Assembly (NCBI GenBank): GCA_048885925.1
Contig: JBHLLG010000091.1
Location: 1 to 11,583, forward strand
Direction: 5' to 3'
Source: Candidatus Hermodarchaeota archaeon
GTDB lineage: Archaea; Asgardarchaeota; Lokiarchaeia; Sigyniarchaeales; SOKP01
Length of the DNA: 11,583 nt
Shown: piece by piece, positions 1-7,156 of the stretch
Numbering within the stretch: the stretch's first letter is position 1
How the letters are laid out: every line of letters begins with the position of its first letter
Position numbers and translations under genes: made by a program
The notes under the pieces: model-generated
What the model saw: only the letters and a program-made list of their open reading frames with translations
The model's database searches: none
Told to the model about the DNA's origin: nothing

Positions 1-1
1 T

Positions 2-1558
2 ATTTATGCAAATGATAGTGTTTGTCATGTGAGTGACCCTATTATGCTAATCTTATATAAAGATACAATCCCTCCTCCTGCTCCAGAGTTAGTAAATCCT
101 CCTCAAGGTGAAATTAATTTACCCATTATTTTTAACTGGACTGACGGTGATGATCCTTCAGGAATTGTAAAATACAGATTAATAATTGATACTGAACCAA
201 ACAATCCATTTGCAACCCCTGGGTTTGTGTTTGAAATTAACATAACAGGCAATTATTATGAATATTCAGGAACTCTTCAACCAGGAACCTATTATTACTT
301 TTTATATCAGATTGATGGAGCAGGTAATCAAAGTCCTGCTTCAACAGGTAATTTTTCAATCGGATCGAGTTCTCAACCTTCTGAACCATTAGAATTTCCT
401 ATTTGGATTATCATTGTTATAATAGGAGCAGCTATAGCTGGAGTGGTAGGATTTATAGTTCTAAAGAAAGCAAAGAGTAAGAAGGTAAAACCTGTACAAA
501 TCCCGCAAAAGAAGCCAGGGTTTAAACCTAAGTTAGAAATTCCTGAAGAATTAAAATTATTGGAATATGAGACACTCAAAAGTAAAACTCATACGGAACT
601 AAATCACAGAGAAAAAGAATTACTCGATTATATTGATTTTCTAGAAAAAAATAAAGATTATACTAAAGCCGCAGAATTTTCAGGAGAATTAGTCAAAATT
701 GAAGAGATTCTTGCTAATACTAATAAAGTGGAATTATACCGTCAAAAGCAAATTGATATTGCAATTAAAGGGCTTGATTATTTGAAAGATCAATATGAAA
801 TTGAATCTAAGAATGCTGCAATAACAGGAGATTATTCAAAAGCACTTGAATTATATAAAGAAAGTAAACTAATTTCTGATAATCTTAAAATATACGTTGA
901 AGGTCAAGAATCTTCTTATTCTGAAGAAGGTATTGTTTTAGAGCCGAAAGAATCCCAAGTGTTAATGCGAGAGTTAGAAATAGTTTATTCCTGTATTAAT
1001 GATTTATTAACTAAATATTTTGATGAAATTGGAATAAAATATTATTCTAATCCTCAAATATATGATGATATTCAAAACCAAATTCATGGTTTGATTCTTA
1101 ATGATAATAACTCATTGATCGCTGATATGGATCCTTCAATCAAAGATAAAATAAAGTCAATTCAAATCATCTACACTGAGGATATATCTAATGAAAATAT
1201 TATTAAACTATGTAAAAGTTTCCAGAATCCAAATGCTGTAGTAATAATCGTAGGTATTAAATGGCCTAAAAATATTGATGCACAAACAATTGAAATTCCC
1301 TCAGATAAAGATATCAAACATCAAGAAAATGTTAGAATTATTCATTACGAGTTATTTTCTACATTTATTGGATTAAAAGGTGATTATGAGATTGCATTTA
1401 AAGAAATTATCCAGCTCTATTATAACTCAGAATTCGATATTTTACGAGAGACTCATGAATCAAGTGCAATAATCATTCATAGTACTGATGAATTATTCTA
1501 TGATCTCAAAGAAAAAGGTTTAATTGAGTATAAGTTGCAAGAATATTTTCATAGATAA
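2..1558 (+). CDS. 5'-truncated single-pass membrane protein: extracellular Ig/FN3-like domains, TM helix, cytoplasmic helical (TPR/MIT-like) region and C-terminal alpha/beta domain
   Basis: The frame is open from base 2 (IYANDSVCHVSDP...), so the GTG at 29 is probably internal. Beta-rich FN3-like segment (FNWTDGDDPSGIVKYRLII...LQPGTYYYFLYQIDGAGNQS), S/P linker, hydrophobic IWIIIVIIGAAIAGVVGFIVL (401-463) followed by KKAKSKK, then about 360 aa of cytoplasmic sequence. Confidence 0.8.
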   Translation: MYANDSVCHVSDPIMLILYKDTIPPPAPELVNPPQGEINLPIIFNWTDGDDPSGIVKYRLIIDTEPNNPFATPGFVFEINITGNYYEYSGTLQPGTYYYFLYQIDGAGNQSPASTGNFSIGSSSQPSEPLEFPIWIIIVIIGAAIAGVVGFIVLKKAKSKKVKPVQIPQKKPGFKPKLEIPEELKLLEYETLKSKTHTELNHREKELLDYIDFLEKNKDYTKAAEFSGELVKIEEILANTNKVELYRQKQIDIAIKGLDYLKDQYEIESKNAAITGDYSKALELYKESKLISDNLKIYVEGQESSYSEEGIVLEPKESQVLMRELEIVYSCINDLLTKYFDEIGIKYYSNPQIYDDIQNQIHGLILNDNNSLIADMDPSIKDKIKSIQIIYTEDISNENIIKLCKSFQNPNAVVIIVGIKWPKNIDAQTIEIPSDKDIKHQENVRIIHYELFSTFIGLKGDYEIAFKEIIQLYYNSEFDILRETHESSAIIIHSTDELFYDLKEKGLIEYKLQEYFHR

Positions 1559-1595
1559 AACTGGCTTTAAATAGATATAAATTTATTACTAAATC

Positions 1596-1623
1596 TTTTT
1601 TTTATTCTCATCTCTTTTTTTTT
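1596..1623 (+). terminator. Oligo-T tracts, probable archaeal terminator between convergent genes
   Basis: T8 (1596-1603) and T9 (1615-1623) lie downstream of the stop at 1558. Confidence 0.4.
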
Positions 1624-1625
1624 AT

Positions 1626-3179
1626 TTACAGATTTTTGATGGTACTGAACATAACTTTTAATTGTTCATATAATTCTAATCGAAATTCAGAACTTATTTT
1701 AAATATAAAATAGGAAATTTGTCTCTCTTCCAATTTCGTATAAAAATCAAAAGCTCCCATCATTTTTGACCAGTTTATCTTTTCCTTAGTTATTATACCA
1801 ATTAATATCACGCTATTATCTTTAAGATTTTCAATAATTTTTAAAATAATATTATTCCAATCAGGGTCAATAGAATCCCTATTTTTAGCATCGAATATGA
1901 GAAAAACTCCATCAGATTCAGAAACTTTCATAGAGTTGAAGTTATAATTTTCCAAGATTAACCCATTTGAAAATTTGTATATCTCTTTATCTTTTTTATC
2001 CTTTTTAGAAAATGGCCCCAACTCTTTTATTTCTTTTAAAAGTATTAAACAAGGATTATTAACAAGATCCTTTGATATAAATGCTACCGAAAGGTTATTT
2101 TTAGTTTTGAGGATTGAACTAATCTCTGTTAAAATCATACTTTTTAAGTTTTTTTCATCATACTCTTTACTTAACATGATATAATGATAAGCTACAATCC
2201 CAAAAGCTTCTTCAATATTTTCTCCCGTTAGTGCACTCGTTTCAATATATGAAATTTTTTTTTTATGTTGTTCAGATAACATTTCTGCTAATGTAACAGC
2301 TTCTTCATAATCAATTTCTCTTTCTTGCTCCAGATCTCGTTTATTTCCAACAATAACCACTGATATCTCATGTTCTTTAAATTCATTCAATTCATTAAAC
2401 CAACTTACTACATTATAATAGGACTCTTTATTTGTTAAATCAAAAACAATAAAAGCCGCTTGTGCTCCTTTATAATATACTTTTCGATATCTTTTAAAAT
2501 ATTGTTGAGCACCTATATCCCAGAGAAAAAGACTAATTTCATTCCCAAAAAATTCAAAATTACGTGTCATCACATTTAATCCTATAGTAGTACGATAATC
2601 TGCTAAGAATCTCCCTTCTACAAATCTACGTAAGATTGAGGTTTTACCAACTGTATGGTCACCGATAATGATAAATTTAAATCTATAGGTTCCTCCAGAT
2701 TCTAATCCAATTTGAAAAAATTGGCTGGTGTTATAATATCCCTCTGTTTTATACTCGAAATTAGGAATAGACAATTCAATTAAATCACTTTCGGCTGTAA
2801 ACAGAATTTGAGCTACTTTTTCAGCAAGAAAATATGCATATGGTGCAATTTTATCAATAGAAGCCAGATTTTCAATAACAACACTTAAGGTTATATTCTC
2901 AGTAATAGAAATAAATAGAATACGATTTTCTTCTGTATCAAAATTTGCCGTTCCAAATTTTCTATATGAAAATTCATTACGAAATCTTTCTATAACAGGA
3001 TTGACAACTGCAGTCATAATTGAGAATAATTCCAAATCTATATCTTTTCTTCTTTCCCCTGCAATTATTAATCCATCTTGGTCAGAAACTATTATAGCTT
3101 CAACTTCCTTATTAACTTTTAAGAAATTCTTGAATAATTCATTGAATAGTATATTTTTACTTGTTGACAAAGGATACAT
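1626..3179 (-). CDS. Roadblock/LAMTOR2 domain + Ras/Rab-like small GTPase + degenerate GTPase-like C-terminal domain
   Basis: N-terminal roadblock pattern (VEAIIVSDQDGLIIAG...). G1 GDHTVGKT (2640-2663), G2 YRTTIG, G3 WDIGAQ (2505-2522), G4 NKRD, G5 ETSAL. The C-terminal part repeats GTPase-like strands (GVFLIFDAKNRDS, VILIGI) without a P-loop. Confidence 0.9.
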   Translation of the reverse strand: MYPLSTSKNILFNELFKNFLKVNKEVEAIIVSDQDGLIIAGERRKDIDLELFSIMTAVVNPVIERFRNEFSYRKFGTANFDTEENRILFISITENITLSVVIENLASIDKIAPYAYFLAEKVAQILFTAESDLIELSIPNFEYKTEGYYNTSQFFQIGLESGGTYRFKFIIIGDHTVGKTSILRRFVEGRFLADYRTTIGLNVMTRNFEFFGNEISLFLWDIGAQQYFKRYRKVYYKGAQAAFIVFDLTNKESYYNVVSWFNELNEFKEHEISVVIVGNKRDLEQEREIDYEEAVTLAEMLSEQHKKKISYIETSALTGENIEEAFGIVAYHYIMLSKEYDEKNLKSMILTEISSILKTKNNLSVAFISKDLVNNPCLILLKEIKELGPFSKKDKKDKEIYKFSNGLILENYNFNSMKVSESDGVFLIFDAKNRDSIDPDWNNIILKIIENLKDNSVILIGIITKEKINWSKMMGAFDFYTKLEERQISYFIFKISSEFRLELYEQLKVMFSTIKNL

Positions 3180-3469
3180 CTCAAAAATGAAGGATTAGTG
3201 ATAACAAACCAATTTATTTTTAGACTTAATTGATATTTTGATATTATTATAACCTAATAATTATATAAATTTGATTACCTGTGTGATTTAAAAATTTTAG
3301 AATTTTGAGGAAATTCTACACTCTTTATTCAACTTATTATTCGCATTTGTATAAACATAAGATCAATAGCCATTTTTCGAAGACTGTGGCGTTTGTAAAG
3401 GAAAATTGAAGGTAGTATAAGAAGTAAATAAAAGGGTAATATTAATGAGCTTAAAATATTAGCAATAAT

Positions 3470-3484
3470 AAAAAAAAAAAAAAA
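3470..3484 (-). terminator. T15 tract on the minus strand, probable terminator of the 3562-4083 transcript
   Basis: A15 run on the + strand, about 80 nt downstream of the minus-strand stop at 3562. Confidence 0.4.
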
Positions 3485-3523
3485 TTTAGTATTTTTAAAA
3501 TATCAAATTAGTGTTTTGATGTT

Positions 3524-3553
3524 TTACTTTCTTCCAGTGTTAAATTTCGTCAT
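3524..3553 (-). other. 9-codon mini-ORF (MTKFNTGRK*) with a strong SD overlapping the upstream stop; gene remnant or micropeptide
   Basis: The minus strand reads TAG GAGGTTTA ATG ACG AAA TTT AAC ACT GGA AGA AAG TAA; GGAGGT directly precedes the ATG. Confidence 0.3.
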
Positions 3554-3561
3554 TAAACCTC

Positions 3562-4083
3562 CTAATAATGTATTAATTTTATTATATCTATACCTTTAAA
3601 TTCATTACCTTCAATCATTTCTCCAGTAATGATAATATTGCAAAATTCTTGGGGTTCAAGTGCATTTTTAACTAAATTTCTATTAAATTTGACCATTAAA
3701 TCCGGAATATTATCATTATTGATATCAATAATCTCGGTCTTGGTTGACGCAGGTACATCACCATTCAAAAAAACAGTGTTCATATTTACGTTATTAACAT
3801 CATAATCATCAGGTAATGAAATATAAACGGTAACCCAGTTCCCTTTACTTTTAAAATTTAATACCTCAGGATGAAAATCAATAGTTGCTATTATTGGATC
3901 TTTAGGTTTTTTTTTAGTTGCGGCGGTATCAATTACTTCTTCATTTAGGAGTAAATCGTCATTACCCTCACTTTCGATAATGCTATCTTCTGTATTTGGT
4001 GTTTCTATAAGGAAAGCACCTAAAGATACTGGAAACCCTATCCCCAAACCTAAAATAATTAACCCCGTTATTAATTTTTTCAT
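3562..4083 (-). CDS. Secreted or membrane-anchored protein with one beta-rich Ig-like domain and a Ca-binding-like DxNxD loop
   Basis: Signal/anchor MKKLITGLIILGLGIGFPVSLGAFLI (ATG at 4083 preferred over GTG at 4092), acidic linker, then the domain ATIDFHPEVLNFKSKGNWVTVYI...DINNDNIPDLMVKFNR...FKGIDII. Confidence 0.8.
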   Translation of the reverse strand: MKKLITGLIILGLGIGFPVSLGAFLIETPNTEDSIIESEGNDDLLLNEEVIDTAATKKKPKDPIIATIDFHPEVLNFKSKGNWVTVYISLPDDYDVNNVNMNTVFLNGDVPASTKTEIIDINNDNIPDLMVKFNRNLVKNALEPQEFCNIIITGEMIEGNEFKGIDIIKLIHY

Positions 4084-4436
4084 AAAATTCACATTTAAGT
4101 GGAATTAATGCAAGATGAAAATAATTATTCTCATATTTAAATCTATGCTGAATTCTCAATCTATTTGTCATTTTATTCTCGGAAGTTAATGGAATTTTAG
4201 ATTTCTGAAAAATTCTTGCTAGATTTTTCCTTTTTTTCCTATGAATTGTGGAACAATATCTATCCATTCCAAAAAAATTTACTTAATTAAATAAGCCCGT
4301 ATTTAGCATAAAAGAGGTTAAATACATCATGGATTACTATTCTATGGAGTCTTAATTATTCGAATTAAAAAGAGGGGGATTAATTGAAATGGAATTAAAA
4401 GAAGATAAACAATTTTAATAATTAAAATAAAAGGGT

Positions 4437-4512
4437 CAGTTCCCTGACAACTCCTTGAAGTAGGGTTGGACAATGATTGAGGTGAGTACTTTTGGAGGGA
4501 ATCAGGGAACTG
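4437..4512 (-). ncRNA. Candidate hairpin sRNA or 3'-UTR element with an anti-Shine-Dalgarno loop
   Basis: Nested inverted repeats: CAGTTCCCTGA 4437-4447 / TCAGGGAACTG 4502-4512, CTCC 4451-4454 / GGAG 4494-4497, AAGTA 4458-4462 / TACTT 4487-4491, with a 24-nt loop. It is GC-rich relative to its flanks, and a U-rich tail follows on the minus strand. The strand is inferred. Confidence 0.55.
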
Positions 4513-4544
4513 GAATAAAAACTGAGTGATAATTTCTTTAAATA

Positions 4545-4558
4545 CCTATTTAAATAGG
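4545..4558. promoter_or_regulatory. Perfect 14-bp palindrome CCTATTTAAATAGG containing a TATA-like TTTAAATA on both strands
   Basis: Read directly; it lies between the stop of the 92-aa gene and the hairpin. Confidence 0.4.
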
Positions 4559-4566
4559 AGAAAAAT

Positions 4567-4845
4567 TTATAAATTAGCTAAATACTCATTTAACACTATG
4601 TTTAAATCAACTTCTGAGTTTTGGATCTTTTTCAAAAGATGCCTGAGTCCATAATCATTCAACAATAACTCGATGAGATTCTTATAAATTGCTGTAATGT
4701 TATCTTTTCCAGCTTCATAATAAAAATCATCATCGCGAAGGGTAAGATCCAAAATTTCATATAAACCTTTTATGGCGTCCTTTATATTCTCGAAATTCTT
4801 TTCAGCTTTTTCTTTTGATCTGATCGCATATTTTGAACTAGTCAT
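4567..4845 (-). CDS. 92-aa helical hypothetical protein
   Basis: ATG start with a strong SD (GAGGTGA, minus strand 4862-4856) and amphipathic helical composition; no family recognised. Confidence 0.8.
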   Translation of the reverse strand: MTSSKYAIRSKEKAEKNFENIKDAIKGLYEILDLTLRDDDFYYEAGKDNITAIYKNLIELLLNDYGLRHLLKKIQNSEVDLNIVLNEYLANL

Positions 4846-4855
4846 TTTAACTTAC

Positions 4856-4892
4856 TCACCTCAAATAAAATATATGATTGATCCCTTATAAA
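4856..4892 (-). promoter_or_regulatory. TATA box (TTTATAAG, 4892-4885) and SD (GAGGTGA) of the 92-aa gene
   Basis: The minus strand reads GATCAAGGTTTATAAGGGATCAATCATATATTTTATTTGAGGTGAGTAAGTTAAAATG. Confidence 0.5.
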
Positions 4893-4940
4893 CCTTGATC
4901 ATCTTGCATAATTTATCCGACCTAAAACAAACAAACGAAT

Positions 4941-5145
4941 GGTGGGATTGATCACCCTCCGGCGATATCAATCTAACAAACTAATTTAGAACAGTTATTT
5001 ATAGAATAATCATTGGTTTGCATGTTAAAATACATAAAGATGAATAACGAAAACCGATCATCAACGCCGAAATTGACCATTTTATATCGATTTTTGATCA
5101 AAACTAAAAACAGAAATTCAAATTATTCAAGGTTTCAATCCCACC
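4941..5145. repeat. 11-bp inverted repeat pair GGTGGGATTGA (4941-4951) / TCAATCCCACC (5135-5145)
   Basis: Exact reverse complements within a 341-bp intergenic region; function unknown. Confidence 0.6.
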
Positions 5146-5186
5146 TTACAGAAGGTAAAAAACTTCTAAAACAAAAAAAAGTAAAA

Positions 5187-6668
5187 TTAATGATGAATAG
5201 GACGTCCCTTTTTATGAATAGATTTTCCAACAACAGATTCACAACCTTCTAATACCATTTCTGAAATTGTAGGATGGCTGTGTATTGTTTCTGTGACATC
5301 ATGGATGGTTAAACCATGTTGCATAGCTAAAGCTATTTCAGCAATTAATTCAGGGGCTTCAGTTCCAATACAAGAAGCACCGAGAATTTTATGAGTTTCT
5401 TTATCAGCGAGAACCATGATAAAGCCTTCCTCTTCGCCCATACATTTGGCTTTACCCAGGGATTGATACGGAAATTGTCCCATTAATACATCATAACCTA
5501 AATTTTTTGCCATTTGACGACGATATCCTACAGAACCTATATTAGGTGAAGTAAATATAGTTGCTGGTACTATTGTGTAATTGGTTTTCATTTCATGTAC
5601 AGGAAATCCTCCGAGACATGAAAGTGCATTCGCTACAGCAACATCACCCTCATAACTTGCAACGTGAGCAAGCATAATTCCACCCGTCACATCGCCTATT
5701 GCATAAATTCCTTTTACTGCGGTTTCTAAAGTGTTAGGATTAACTTTAATAGCACCTCGATCAGTTTCAATTCCAAGTTGTTCAAGGCCGATATTTTTAG
5801 ATTCTTTTGCCCGACCTATAGAAACTAAACAAAGGTCAGCTTCAAACGTATATTTTTCAGCGCTATCTATTTGATCTCTAGAGACCTCTGCTGAACAAGT
5901 TATGACTCTCACACCAGTTCCCGTATTTTCTACGGATAAAACATTTTGTGAGGTAAGGATCTCTATCCCATTCTCCTCAAATTTTTTTTGAAGTACTTTA
6001 ACAATCATTGGTTCTTCAGTGGCAATTGGAGAGGATAAATATTCCAGCATGGTAACCCTACTTCCATAGGTTGCAAAAATATTAGCAAATTCACAGCCAA
6101 TTACTCCAGCTCCTATAATTAATAATCTTTCTGGAATAGACCTAAAGTTAGGATCAAGGATATCATCACTTGTTAAGATTCTTTCGTGGTCGATATTAAA
6201 TGCAGGAATCAAAGCCGGAGATGAGCCTGTAGCAATAATTACTCTTTTTGCTCTAATTGTAGTAATATCTTTGCCTTCAATTGAAATTTCAAATCCAGTA
6301 TCTAAATTTCCTCCAACAATTTTCCCGAATCCATAATAAACATCATTCTTCCATCCCTTCTCCAAGGCTTCAATTCCCTCTACTAATTCTTGAACAATCT
6401 TATTTTTTCTTTCTACTGCCTTATCAAAAGATAATTTATAATCTGAGATTTCTATCCCAAATTCATGCGCCTCTTCAATTTTTTCGATTAAATGAACAGA
6501 AGCATATAAGGCTTTTGTAGGAATACATCCCCAATTAAGGCATGTTCCTCCCAACTTTGCTTTTTCAATTAGAGCTACTTTTGCTCCATATTGAGCCGCC
6601 CTAATAGCTGCATGATAACCTCCAGGTCCCGCTCCAATAACAGCTAAATCATATAAAACATCACTCAT
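5187..6668 (-). CDS. lpdA: Dihydrolipoamide dehydrogenase (E3 / L-protein)
   Basis: FAD motif GAGPGG, redox disulfide GGTCLNWGCIPTK, NAD motif GAGVIGCE, GIYAIGD, MLAHVA and C-terminal HPTISE. Confidence 0.95.
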   Translation of the reverse strand: MSDVLYDLAVIGAGPGGYHAAIRAAQYGAKVALIEKAKLGGTCLNWGCIPTKALYASVHLIEKIEEAHEFGIEISDYKLSFDKAVERKNKIVQELVEGIEALEKGWKNDVYYGFGKIVGGNLDTGFEISIEGKDITTIRAKRVIIATGSSPALIPAFNIDHERILTSDDILDPNFRSIPERLLIIGAGVIGCEFANIFATYGSRVTMLEYLSSPIATEEPMIVKVLQKKFEENGIEILTSQNVLSVENTGTGVRVITCSAEVSRDQIDSAEKYTFEADLCLVSIGRAKESKNIGLEQLGIETDRGAIKVNPNTLETAVKGIYAIGDVTGGIMLAHVASYEGDVAVANALSCLGGFPVHEMKTNYTIVPATIFTSPNIGSVGYRRQMAKNLGYDVLMGQFPYQSLGKAKCMGEEEGFIMVLADKETHKILGASCIGTEAPELIAEIALAMQHGLTIHDVTETIHSHPTISEMVLEGCESVVGKSIHKKGRPIHH

Positions 6669-6965
6669 AATTTAATCAAATTTAATTTTTTTTTTTTTCA
6701 AATTAAGGTCAGAAAAACCATTTAACAATAATTTTAGTTTTTAAAATCTTCTATGAAAAAAAAATTAATCAAAATATTAATTTTTTTTTAAAAAATAAAT
6801 AATGAATTTTTTTAAAGTAATCACAAAATTTCTAGTAAAACGTATATCTCATGATCATAATTGATGTCTAGTATAGAAGAGCGATTTAAAATACAATTTA
6901 ATATTAGTGTCTAAAAGTAAAACTTAAATTCATAGGTCTTTAATGAAAGTATAATTAAGTAATTT

Positions 6966-7012
6966 TTGTAAAGATTTTGTAAAATCTGTAAAGACTCTAA
7001 AGAGAACGTAAA
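6966..7012. repeat. Helically phased (G/C)TAAA array with an internal palindrome in the lpdA/GTPase divergent promoter region
   Basis: GTAAA at 6968, 6979, 6988 and 7008 and CTAAA at 6997; palindrome AGATTTT-gt-AAAATCT at 6972-6987. Confidence 0.5.
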
Positions 7013-7156
7013 AAATATATAAAATAAATAAAAAATTAAAATCACTTTCTATTAAAAAAAAAAGTTTTTAAGATTAAAACCTATATTTTAGAAAAAGAAA
7101 AGGGTTTTAATTACTTTTCATACATTTTAAATAAAATTTTTCTAATTACCCCAACT

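Noticed and set aside
4120-4265. Scattered ATTCTC and ATCTAT hexamers
   Set aside because: They are short, AT-rich and irregularly spaced, which is compatible with chance.
3983-4267. 94-aa minus-strand ORF
   Set aside because: It overlaps the secreted-protein gene out of frame and has atypical composition.
4492-4518. Plus-strand mini-ORF TTG-EGIRELE-TAA after GAGGTGA
   Set aside because: It is only 8 codons and buried in the stem. It remains a weak alternative explanation for the SD-like loop sequence.
4437-4525. Hairpin as SECIS, C/D box, H/ACA RNA or tRNA
   Set aside because: There is no in-frame TGA gene upstream, no properly ordered C and D boxes, no terminal ACA and no cloverleaf.
4865-5186. 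CRISPR array
   Set aside because: There is only one repeat-like unit, with no periodic direct repeats.
5013-5252. 79-aa plus-strand ORF
   Set aside because: It overlaps the lpdA 3' end in antisense, has no SD and has composition typical of non-coding DNA.
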